This document shows, piece after piece, positions 17,398-26,233 of a stretch of DNA of 36,880 bases. The stretch is from Lachnospiraceae bacterium (GTDB taxonomy: Bacteria > Bacillota > Clostridia > Lachnospirales > Lachnospiraceae). The translations under genes and the position numbers were made by a program. Positions within the stretch are counted from its first letter, which is position 1. Each line of letters begins with the position of its first letter. The notes below the pieces were generated by a model. It did not search any database. It was not told where the DNA came from and saw nothing but the letters and a program-made list of their open reading frames with translations. Location: positions 1-36,880 of the forward strand of contig JBJENT010000204.1 in assembly GCA_051880335.1 (NCBI GenBank), written 5' to 3'.

Positions 17398-17503
17398 ATT
17401 TGAACGGGGCGCACAATGGTAGCAGCTTTCACAGGCATGTGACGATTTCGCACCGTAAAAGTAGAAAGCCGAAAATATTGTGCCCACAAGAGAGGAGATA
17501 AAA

Positions 17504-18778
17504 ATGAGAAAATTTCTTGGTATTTTCTTAACAGTAGCACTTACAGCATCTATGTTAGTAGGCTGTGGCTCTTCCGCAACAGAAGAAGCACCGGCAGCAG
17601 ATGCTGCAGCTGAAGAAACAGCAGCAGAAGAAACAGAAGCAGCAGCTCCGGAAGATGTAGCTGATGTGGATGCTTCCGGTTTAAAAGTAGGTTTCATTTT
17701 CTTACATGATGAAAACTCTACATACGACTTAAACTTCATCAATGCAGCAAAAGCAGCATGTGAAGAAATGGGTGTTGAAGCGGTAATGAAAACAAATATT
17801 CCGGAAGGCCAGGAATGTGAAGATGCAGCATGTGAGCTTGCAGATGCAGGTTGTGACATCGTATTCGCAGACAGCTTTGGCCATGAAGGTTATATGATTG
17901 AAGCAGCAAAACAGTTCCCGGATGTTCAGTTCTGCCATGCAACAGGTACTATGGCTCATACAGAAGGTCTGGATAACTTCCACAATGCATTCGCTTCTAT
18001 TTATGAAGGTCGTTACCTTGCAGGTATCGCAGCAGGTTTAAAGATCAATGAAATGATCGAAGCAGGTGACTTCACAGAAGCAGATGCTAAGATTGGTTAT
18101 GTTGGTGCTTATCCATACGCTGAAGTTATTTCCGGTTATACATCTTTCTATTTAGGAGCTCGTTCTGTATGTCCTACAGCAACCATGGAAGTTACCTTTA
18201 CAAACTCCTGGTATGATGAGACAGCTGAAAAAGAAGCTGCAAACAACCTGATTGCAGATGGATGTATCCTGATCAGCCAGCATGCTGACTCCATGGGTGC
18301 TCCTACTGCTTGTGAAACAGCAAATGTTCCTAACGTTTCCTATAACGGAAGTACAGAAAGCGCTTGTCCTAACACATTCATCGTTTCTTCCAGAATCGAC
18401 TGGACACCATACTTCAAATACATCATCGGTTGTGTAGCAGCTGGTGAAAAGATTGCAACAGATTATGTTGGTACTATCGAAACAGGTTCTGTAGTTCTGA
18501 CAGATCTTGGTTCTGCTGCAGCAGCAGGTACACAGGAAGCAATTGATGCAGCAAAAGCTGAAATGGAAGCTGGTACATTACATGTATTTGATACCAGTAC
18601 CTTTACTGTAAATGGTGAGGAATTAACAAGCTATATGGCTGATGTAGATACAGATGAAGCATATGAAGGAGATCATGAAGCAATCGTTGACGGTTACTTT
18701 GCTGAATCCGGTGAAGGACTTCGTTCTGCACCATACTTTAATGTTCAGATTGATGGTATTACATTGATTGATAAATAA
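17504..18778 (+). CDS. BMP/PnrA-family ABC transporter substrate-binding lipoprotein (purine/nucleoside)
   Basis: Lipobox LVG|C, Ala/Glu-rich linker, KVGFIFL, FADSFG, YEGRYLAGIAAG, IGYVGA, ISQHAD; RBS AGAGGAG favours ATG 17504. Confidence 0.92.
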   Translation: MRKFLGIFLTVALTASMLVGCGSSATEEAPAADAAAEETAAEETEAAAPEDVADVDASGLKVGFIFLHDENSTYDLNFINAAKAACEEMGVEAVMKTNIPEGQECEDAACELADAGCDIVFADSFGHEGYMIEAAKQFPDVQFCHATGTMAHTEGLDNFHNAFASIYEGRYLAGIAAGLKINEMIEAGDFTEADAKIGYVGAYPYAEVISGYTSFYLGARSVCPTATMEVTFTNSWYDETAEKEAANNLIADGCILISQHADSMGAPTACETANVPNVSYNGSTESACPNTFIVSSRIDWTPYFKYIIGCVAAGEKIATDYVGTIETGSVVLTDLGSAAAAGTQEAIDAAKAEMEAGTLHVFDTSTFTVNGEELTSYMADVDTDEAYEGDHEAIVDGYFAESGEGLRSAPYFNVQIDGITLIDK

Positions 18779-18857
18779 ATAAGCTGAATGGTGTTAATTT
18801 ATTTGGCCTACAGATAAATAACGCTATAGACAGATGATGTAAGCTTATCGTAAAATG

Positions 18858-18904
18858 AGATGGGCGGCACTATGATTATTCGTTTTCGCCGCCTGTCTTT
18901 TTTT
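18858..18904 (+). terminator. Intrinsic terminator/stabilising hairpin after the BMP gene
   Basis: AGATGGGCGGC(18858-18868)/GCCGCCTGTCT(18888-18898) + T run. Confidence 0.8.
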
Positions 18905-18913
18905 ATTTGTTAT

Positions 18914-19023
18914 GGCGACGAGGAAAATGCTCAGCGTGCTTGCACGAGTGAGCATTTGACGACCGCTAATCAGAGCGAGATTCGCAGGGCGTATCTCGTC
19001 TCTGTTCTATGATGCAATTCGTT
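18914..19023. repeat. REP-like intergenic element of two imperfect palindromes
   Basis: AAATGCTCA..CGTGC-TT-GCACG..TGAGCATTT (18925-18957) and CAGAGCGAGAT..ATCTCGTCTCTG (18971-19004). Confidence 0.6.
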
Positions 19024-19082
19024 ATTATAAACATTCCTGTAATCATTTTACAAAGGGTTAGACAGGGGAAGGAGATACTACA

Positions 19083-20615
19083 TTGGATGGCAAAACTGCT
19101 GCAGTGACGCTGAAAAACATTACGAAAACCTTTGGTTCCACAGTAGCCAATGATAAAGTCTCCCTTGAGATCAACAAGGGCGAGATTTTGTCGTTGCTTG
19201 GGGAAAACGGAAGCGGAAAGACTACACTTATGAATATGCTTTCCGGTATTTATTTTCCGGATGAAGGACAGATTTTCATCAACGGAAAGGAAGAGGTGAT
19301 TCGTTCACCAAAAGATGCATTTGATCTGGGAATCGGTATGGTACACCAGCACTTCAAACTGATCGATGTACTTACCGCCACAGAAAATATCATTCTGGGT
19401 CTGAAAGGAAAGCTGAATATTAAGGCTGCCACAAAAAAGATTCAGGAAATCTGTGACAAATATGGTTTTGAAATCGATCCGAATCAGAAAATATATGATA
19501 TGACAGTATCCCAGAAGCAGACAGTGGAAATCGTAAAGGTTCTTTACCGTGGTGCAGATATTCTGATCCTGGATGAGCCTACTGCGGTTCTGACTCCTCA
19601 GGAAACAGAAAAGCTGTTTGCAGTGCTTCGTAAAATGCGTGATGACGGAAAGGCTATTGTTATCATTACCCACAAAATGCATGAGGTAGAATCTCTTTCC
19701 GACCGTGTGGCTGTGCTGCGTAAGGGTGCTTATGTAGGCGATATGGTGACCAAGGAAACCAATGTAACAGAAATGACCAACATGATGGTGGGACGCTCTG
19801 TTACCCTGAATATCGAAAGACCGGATCCGGTGGATCCAAAGCCCCGTATTGAAGTGAAAAACCTGACGGTAAAAAATGAAGAGGGTGTTGTGAAACTGGA
19901 TGATGTTTCCTTTACTGCAAACAGTGGGGAAATTCTGGGTATTGCAGGTATTTCCGGCTGTGGACAGAAGGAACTTCTGGAAGCCATTGCAGGGCTTCAG
20001 GTTACAGAATCCGGTCATATTTATTACATAGAAGACAATGGAGAAAAAGAGGAACTTTTGGGAAAGGATCCATTGGAGATTGCAGAGATGGGTGTTACCT
20101 TATCCTTTGTACCGGAGGATCGTCTGGGTATGGGTCTTTTAGGAAATATGGATCTGACAGACAATATGCTTCTGCGTTCTTTCCGTAAGGGACATTCTCT
20201 GTTTACCGATAAGAAAGAGCCAAAGCATCTGGCAGAGAAGGTGGTAGATGATCTGGAGGTTGTGACTCCAAGTATCTCCACGCCGGTGAGAAAGCTTTCT
20301 GGTGGTAATGTGCAGAAAGTACTGGTTGGACGTGAGATTGCAGCAGCACCGAAGGTACTTCTGACTGCATATGCGGTAAGAGGACTGGATATCAATTCCT
20401 CCTATGCCATTTATGATCTGATCAATCAGCAGAAAAAAGAAGGTGTAGCAGTTATTTTCGTTGGGGAAGACCTGGATGTGCTTCTGGAACTTTCCGACCG
20501 TATTTTAGTTCTCTGCGGCGGAAAAGTGAATGGAATTCTGGATGGAAGAACTGCGGATAAAAATGAGGTCGGTATGTTGATGACCAGAATGGGAGGTACA
20601 CAGGACAATGCATGA
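19083..20615 (+). CDS. Nucleoside/sugar (CUT2) ABC transporter ATP-binding protein with two ABC domains
   Basis: Walker A GENGSGKT, MVHQHF, ILDEPT, second domain PEDR and LSGGNVQK; TTG start with RBS GAAGGAG. Confidence 0.93.
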   Translation: MDGKTAAVTLKNITKTFGSTVANDKVSLEINKGEILSLLGENGSGKTTLMNMLSGIYFPDEGQIFINGKEEVIRSPKDAFDLGIGMVHQHFKLIDVLTATENIILGLKGKLNIKAATKKIQEICDKYGFEIDPNQKIYDMTVSQKQTVEIVKVLYRGADILILDEPTAVLTPQETEKLFAVLRKMRDDGKAIVIITHKMHEVESLSDRVAVLRKGAYVGDMVTKETNVTEMTNMMVGRSVTLNIERPDPVDPKPRIEVKNLTVKNEEGVVKLDDVSFTANSGEILGIAGISGCGQKELLEAIAGLQVTESGHIYYIEDNGEKEELLGKDPLEIAEMGVTLSFVPEDRLGMGLLGNMDLTDNMLLRSFRKGHSLFTDKKEPKHLAEKVVDDLEVVTPSISTPVRKLSGGNVQKVLVGREIAAAPKVLLTAYAVRGLDINSSYAIYDLINQQKKEGVAVIFVGEDLDVLLELSDRILVLCGGKVNGILDGRTADKNEVGMLMTRMGGTQDNA

Positions 20616-21714
20616 GAAACACCGTGAACCACTTTTTCATATTGTAAAACGGGATGGTCTGCCATGGTATCGTTCTCTGATGATCCGTTTTGTGGCAATC
20701 CTGATCGCACTGGTTTTTTGTGGAATCATAACCACCATTACAACCGGTATCAATCCACTGGAAGTTTACGGAACTATGATATCCGGAGCTTTCGGTAGCT
20801 CCAGAAAAATCTGGATCACATTGCAGAATATTTCTATTTTACTGTTGATTTCTCTGGCACTTACTCCGGCATTCCGGATGCGCTTCTGGAACATCGGTGG
20901 AGAAGGACAGGTGCTGATCGGCGGTCTGGCAGCAGCAGCCTGCATGATCTGCCTTGGAAATAAACTGCCCAATGCCCTGGTAATCCTCTGCATGATCATT
21001 ACCAGTATCGCAGCAGGCGCTATCTGGGGATTTATCCCTGCTTTTTTCAAAGCAAAATGGAACACAAATGAAACCCTGTCCACGCTGATGATGAACTACA
21101 TCGCCACCCAGCTTGTAGCATTCTATACCGTGGTATGGGAAGTACCGAAGGGATCCGGAAAAATCGGTATCATCAATCAGGATTCCAATATCGGATGGCT
21201 TCCACAGGTGTTTGGTTCCAAATATCTGCTCAGTATCATCGTAGCAGTGGTGATCACTGTTTTTATGTGGATTTATTTATACTACAGTAAACAGGGGTAT
21301 GAGATCTGTGTGGTTGGAGAAAGTGAGAAAACTGCCAGATATGTGGGTATTAAAGTAGAAAAGGTTATTATCCGTACCATGTTACTTTCCGGCGCAATCT
21401 GTGGTCTGGTAGGTCTTTTACTGGTTGGCTTTATCAACCACACCGTTACCACCACCATTGCCGGTGGACAGGGCTTTACAGCAGTTCTGGTATCCTGGAT
21501 GTCTAAATTCAATCCGCTATCCATGATATTCTCCAGCTCCCTGATCATCTTTATGAATCGTGGTGCCGGTGAGATCTCAACGAACTTTGGATTGAACCAG
21601 TCCTTTGCAGATATATTGACAGGTATTATCCTGTTTTTCATTATTGGTTGTGAATTCTTTATTTCATATAAACTTAGTTTCCGTAAGAAAAAAGGAAAGG
21701 AGGAAGAAGCCTGA
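20608..21714 (+). CDS. Nucleoside ABC transporter permease 1
   Basis: Multi-TM; FWNIGGEGQ, NETLSTLMMNY, VVGES..TARYVGI motifs. Confidence 0.92.
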   Translation: MHEKHREPLFHIVKRDGLPWYRSLMIRFVAILIALVFCGIITTITTGINPLEVYGTMISGAFGSSRKIWITLQNISILLLISLALTPAFRMRFWNIGGEGQVLIGGLAAAACMICLGNKLPNALVILCMIITSIAAGAIWGFIPAFFKAKWNTNETLSTLMMNYIATQLVAFYTVVWEVPKGSGKIGIINQDSNIGWLPQVFGSKYLLSIIVAVVITVFMWIYLYYSKQGYEICVVGESEKTARYVGIKVEKVIIRTMLLSGAICGLVGLLLVGFINHTVTTTIAGGQGFTAVLVSWMSKFNPLSMIFSSSLIIFMNRGAGEISTNFGLNQSFADILTGIILFFIIGCEFFISYKLSFRKKKGKEEEA

Positions 21715-22706
21715 TGTTTGGATTTTTGATGAATTTTATTCCCAGAGCAGTAGTACAGGGGATTCCTCTTTTGTATGGAAGTACCGGTGAGATCATTACT
21801 CAGAAATCAGGAAACCTGAATCTGGGTATACCGGGTGTTATGTATGTAGGCGCGATTAGCGGTGTTATTGGTGCGTTTTTCTATGAAAATTCAGGCGCTG
21901 CCATCAATCCGTTTCTGGCGGTTTTGATTCCACTGTTATGCTGCCTGATTGGTTCCCTTTTGATGGGACTTTTGTATTGTTTCCTGACCGTAAGCCTTCG
22001 TGCCAACCAGAACGTAACCGGTCTGGCAATGACCACCTTCGGTGTAGGTTTTGGTAACTTTTTCGGGGGCTCCCTGATCAAACTGGTAAAAAGTGATGTG
22101 CCATCCATTGCACTTTCCACCACCAGCAGTTATTTCAGTAAATCCCTGCCATTTGCCTCCAAACTGGGTGGATTTGGAAAAATCTTTTTATCCTATAGTT
22201 TCCTGGCATACCTGGCTATTATCATAGCATTTGTTGCATCCTATGTTTTAAATCGCACCAGAGCAGGTCTTCACCTTCGTGCAGTTGGTGAAAATCCAAA
22301 TACAGCCGATGCAGCAGGAATCAATGTCACAAAGTATAAATATGTGGCAACCTGTGTGGGATGTATGATCGCCGGTCTGGGCGGCCTGTATTATGTTATG
22401 GATTATGCCTGCGGCGTCTGGTCCAATGATGCCTTTGGTGATCGTGGCTGGCTGGCCATCGCACTGGTTATCTTTACCATCTGGCGTCCGAACTTAAGCG
22501 TTCTGGCATCCTTCCTGTTTGGTGGACTTTACATTCTGTATCTGTACATTCCTACCGGTATGGATCATATGGAATACCAGGAGATGTATAAAATGATACC
22601 TTATGTGGTAACACTGGTTGTTCTGGTCATCACAAGCATGCGGAGCAAGCGTGAAAATCAGCCACCGGCAAGCCTGGGACTTCCGTATTTCAGGGAAGAA
22701 CGATAG
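21714..22706 (+). CDS. Nucleoside ABC transporter permease 2
   Basis: Multi-TM; KSGNLNLG, RAVGENPNTADAAGINV, RGWLAIALVIF, PPASLGLPY.REER; TGATG coupling. Confidence 0.92.
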   Translation: MFGFLMNFIPRAVVQGIPLLYGSTGEIITQKSGNLNLGIPGVMYVGAISGVIGAFFYENSGAAINPFLAVLIPLLCCLIGSLLMGLLYCFLTVSLRANQNVTGLAMTTFGVGFGNFFGGSLIKLVKSDVPSIALSTTSSYFSKSLPFASKLGGFGKIFLSYSFLAYLAIIIAFVASYVLNRTRAGLHLRAVGENPNTADAAGINVTKYKYVATCVGCMIAGLGGLYYVMDYACGVWSNDAFGDRGWLAIALVIFTIWRPNLSVLASFLFGGLYILYLYIPTGMDHMEYQEMYKMIPYVVTLVVLVITSMRSKRENQPPASLGLPYFREER

Positions 22707-22714
22707 GAGATTTT

Positions 22715-23620
22715 CTATTTCCCCTTCTGAAGGGATGCAATATATTCTTTTGGAGTACAATTCATATACTTTTTGAATACTTTGTTGAAATAACTGGCGT
22801 TATTGAAGCCTACAGAAAGTGCCAGCGAGGAGATGGAGATTTTCTCCTTCGATTCGATCATCAGCTGGCTGGCTACATAGATGCGGTATTTCATCAGGTA
22901 TTCAAAAGGTGTCATTTTCAGAGTGCGTTTAAAAAATCTGCAGCATTCGCTTTTGCTGACATGCACAGAGCCGGCAATCTCATCCAGAGTGACATTATCA
23001 GCATAATTCTCTTCGATGTAGGTAATAGCGGATTTGATGCGCTCGTTATCTACCGATAATGTGACAGCCGGTTTTTCAGAAAACTGCGTATCGGAAATTC
23101 TCTCATAAAGCTTAAACCATAATTGACAAAGATAGCCCTTGGTGACCAATTCAAAACCGGGCTTTTTTGTCATATTGATGGCAATGATATCATCTACAAT
23201 ATTTAAAACTTCCTCGTCCCAGGCATTTGCATCATCCAATAAAAGGATGTAAAAAGAAGAAAGAACCGGGTGGAGAAACTTCGATGTCATGGATAACTGG
23301 GAAGGCTCCAGAAAAAATCGGGGAGAAAAGGCTATCGTATAACAGGTACAGGCTTTCGGACTTATGGACTGAAAAGCATGTACCGTATTTTGATTGATGA
23401 TAATGCCCTGTCCGGCACTTAAATCCAATAAGTCAGTTTCCGTTTGAACCCTAAGACTCCCACTGTTTACGATCAGAAGCTCTATTTCATCATGCCAATG
23501 CCAGTGGGTATTTTCCGTAGTAAAGGAAAAATCTGTAAAGCAGACAGAAACAGGGTATTCCTGATGCATTCCTTCCGGCACATATTTTTTTGTATAGATA
23601 GAATTTATTTCTTTTGCCAT
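22715..23620 (-). CDS. AraC-family transcriptional regulator (cupin + HTH)
   Basis: HWHWHDEIEL cupin motif; YIEENY..VTLDEIA, ECCRFFK, VGFNNASYF..FKK....TPKEY. Confidence 0.93.
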   Translation of the reverse strand: MAKEINSIYTKKYVPEGMHQEYPVSVCFTDFSFTTENTHWHWHDEIELLIVNSGSLRVQTETDLLDLSAGQGIIINQNTVHAFQSISPKACTCYTIAFSPRFFLEPSQLSMTSKFLHPVLSSFYILLLDDANAWDEEVLNIVDDIIAINMTKKPGFELVTKGYLCQLWFKLYERISDTQFSEKPAVTLSVDNERIKSAITYIEENYADNVTLDEIAGSVHVSKSECCRFFKRTLKMTPFEYLMKYRIYVASQLMIESKEKISISSLALSVGFNNASYFNKVFKKYMNCTPKEYIASLQKGK

Positions 23621-23772
23621 AGCTTCATATTAGAAGTAACACAAAATGAAGTCAACATTTCTCTTGATTTTTTGTAAAATATTATGGAATATTATAGAAT
23701 ATTTTGCTAAGAAAGGGTGGAAAAGAAAAGGAGAGTTTACTATAATTGAAGTAATATGGGGGAGATATTGCT

Positions 23773-26211
23773 ATGGGAAAAAGTAGAAAAACAGAAAATG
23801 ATATTGCTGTTTATATTGAGGATCAGGAATACATCGCTAATACATATGTGATGAAGTGCTATTTTATTTCCATACTCGTATATACAGCATGTTTTATTTT
23901 AAATCTGTTGGGGATTTTCATTATTGATCAGGAACTGATGCTGAGGGGATATTTCTCTTCGCTTATTCTTTATATTGTTACCTATTTGATTACAAAGAAG
24001 GTCTCTTTGTCAGATAGCAGAGTGAAATATTTCATTTTGTTAAGTGAAGTAATGATGTTTACCATAGCAGGTGTCTTTGTCACCTATCATGTGGTATTTG
24101 CAATTGCACTTCCTTTTTTGCATGCAATCTTATATGCATCTCAAAAGGTTATGAATTATGTATATATATTATCTGTGGTCAGTACCATACTTGTAGTATA
24201 TGGAGGCTATTACTTTGGCCTTTGTGATGCAAATATGTTGTTGCTGACCTCACAGACTGCGCAGCATTATGTGGTCGACGGGCAATTTGCATCTATGGCA
24301 ATTAACCCCAATCCGGCCCTTTCTTTAATGCTGTTTTTTATTTTGCCAAGGTGTTTGATTTTTGTGGCTTTTGGATTCATCTGTCGTGGCATCTACCATA
24401 TTGTCAGTGGAAGTCTGGAAAAAGCAAAACTGACCGAACAGCTTCAGCAGGCAAAGGTAGAAGCAGAAAGTGCCAATCGGGCGAAAACCAAGTTTCTCGC
24501 CAAAGTTTCCCATGAAATCAGAACGCCGATCAATGCCATCCTTGGTATGGATGAAATGATTCTCCGTGAAAACTGTGGAAAGAATATCGAAGTATATGCC
24601 AATGATATAAAAGATTCCTCTATGGTGCTTCTAAATATTGTGAACGAGATTTTGGATTCTTCCAAAATTGAGTCCGGTATGATGGAGATCGTACCGATAG
24701 AATATCATATCGGCAGTTTATTAAATGATATATATAACATGATCAGGGTAAAGGCGAAGGAGAAAAACCTGAAGCTGGTATTTGAGGTGGACCCATCCAT
24801 GCCAAGTGGTTTTTACGGGGATGATAAAAGAATCAGACAGATTCTCGTGAATCTTCTGACCAATGCGGTGAAGTATACCAATCAGGGCCAGATTACCTTA
24901 TCGGTAAGCTGCTATGTGGAAGGGAAAAAGGCTGTGCTTCATTTCGCTGTAAAAGATACCGGAATTGGTATCAAACCAGAGGATATGGAGAAGCTTTCCA
25001 AAGAGTATCAGAGACTTGACCTGGCACGGAACAGAAACGTGGAAGGAACCGGACTCGGAATGGTAATCGTCCAGCAGTTTTTAGGACTTATGGGTAGTAA
25101 GCTGGATATTCAAAGCGAATATGAAAAGGGAAGCGTATTCTCCTTTGATTTAGAGCAGCAGATCATGCGTCGGGAACCGGTGGGTGACTTTAGAAAACGT
25201 TTGGACAAGCAGTCTGAGCAGAAAAAGAATGCTCTTACTTTTTCTGCGCCCCTTGCCAAGGTTTTGGTAGTGGACGATAGTGTTATGAATTTAAAGGTTT
25301 TCAAGAATCTTTTGAAAAGAACCAACATTCAGGTATTTGAGGCAAACAGTGGAAAGAAATGTCTGGAGATGTTGGAAGAAGAGAACTTTGATATTGTTTT
25401 TCTGGACCATATGATGCCTGAAATGGATGGTATTGAAACCAGACGTATTATCTGCGAAAGGCATTTATGCGATCGTAATCCGATTATCATGCTGACCGCC
25501 AATGCCATTGTTGGTGACAGAGAGCGCTATCTGGAGGAAGGCTTTGACGACTTTCTGGCAAAGCCCATTATGCCGGAGGAATTGGACTATATGTTGTTCC
25601 GCTATCTGCCAAAGAATCTGATACATACAGGAGAATCGGTAGAGACGATCATACAATCCGATGCATTACTGTCTTCTGTCATATCCAGGTCTGGGGGTTC
25701 CGCAGATGACAATGCACCGAAGCTGACAGAAAGAAATGCGGCAGAAACGGATAATCCATCTCAAAATGCGGCAGACCAAAATGTGGCAGATCAGAATGGA
25801 GAGAAGCAGAGCTTGACACAACAGAAAAACGCGTTGGATATGCTGGTAGAGAGACTGCCTGATTTACAGATACGAAAGGGCCTTGAGTTGTGTAGCGGGG
25901 ATACAGATTTCTATCTGGAAATTCTGGGAGATTTTGTCAAATTACAGATTAAGAGTGAACTTCATCAGTATTTAGAAGAAAATCATTTTAAAAACTATGG
26001 AATACGTATTCAGGGATTTAAGAACAATGCCTATTCCGTTGGGGCGAAAAAAATTGGTGATTCGGCCTATGAAATGGAAAAATTGAGTAAATCCATGGCG
26101 GCTTCAGAAGGTGAAGACAAATCAAAAGAAAAGAGTGCATTGATAGAAATGCAGCAGCAGTTGTTTGTGATGTATGATAAGGTGTGTCAGGTATATGGGG
26201 AGATGTTCTGA
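23773..26211 (+). CDS. Membrane hybrid histidine kinase (multi-TM + HisKA + HATPase + REC + degenerate Hpt)
   Basis: [30 protein letters not shown]; REC FLDHMMP..AKP; C-terminal Hpt-like [13 protein letters not shown]...[17 protein letters not shown]. Confidence 0.92.
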   Translation: MGKSRKTENDIAVYIEDQEYIANTYVMKCYFISILVYTACFILNLLGIFIIDQELMLRGYFSSLILYIVTYLITKKVSLSDSRVKYFILLSEVMMFTIAGVFVTYHVVFAIALPFLHAILYASQKVMNYVYILSVVSTILVVYGGYYFGLCDANMLLLTSQTAQHYVVDGQFASMAINPNPALSLMLFFILPRCLIFVAFGFICRGIYHIVSGSLEKAKLTEQLQQAKVEAESANRAKTKFLAKVSHEIRTPINAILGMDEMILRENCGKNIEVYANDIKDSSMVLLNIVNEILDSSKIESGMMEIVPIEYHIGSLLNDIYNMIRVKAKEKNLKLVFEVDPSMPSGFYGDDKRIRQILVNLLTNAVKYTNQGQITLSVSCYVEGKKAVLHFAVKDTGIGIKPEDMEKLSKEYQRLDLARNRNVEGTGLGMVIVQQFLGLMGSKLDIQSEYEKGSVFSFDLEQQIMRREPVGDFRKRLDKQSEQKKNALTFSAPLAKVLVVDDSVMNLKVFKNLLKRTNIQVFEANSGKKCLEMLEEENFDIVFLDHMMPEMDGIETRRIICERHLCDRNPIIMLTANAIVGDRERYLEEGFDDFLAKPIMPEELDYMLFRYLPKNLIHTGESVETIIQSDALLSSVISRSGGSADDNAPKLTERNAAETDNPSQNAADQNVADQNGEKQSLTQQKNALDMLVERLPDLQIRKGLELCSGDTDFYLEILGDFVKLQIKSELHQYLEENHFKNYGIRIQGFKNNAYSVGAKKIGDSAYEMEKLSKSMAASEGEDKSKEKSALIEMQQQLFVMYDKVCQVYGEMF

Positions 26212-26233
26212 GAATATCTGACAGGTGTGAGAA

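Noticed and set aside
17340-17490. Canonical purine riboswitch, suggested by UAUGG, AAUGG and CCGUAAA words
   Set aside because: The spacing, the GUUUCUAC junction and the three-stem junction cannot be assembled; kept only as an unclassified leader.
17575-17665. GCA/GAA-rich repeats at the start of the BMP gene
   Set aside because: Ordinary Ala/Glu-rich lipoprotein linker.
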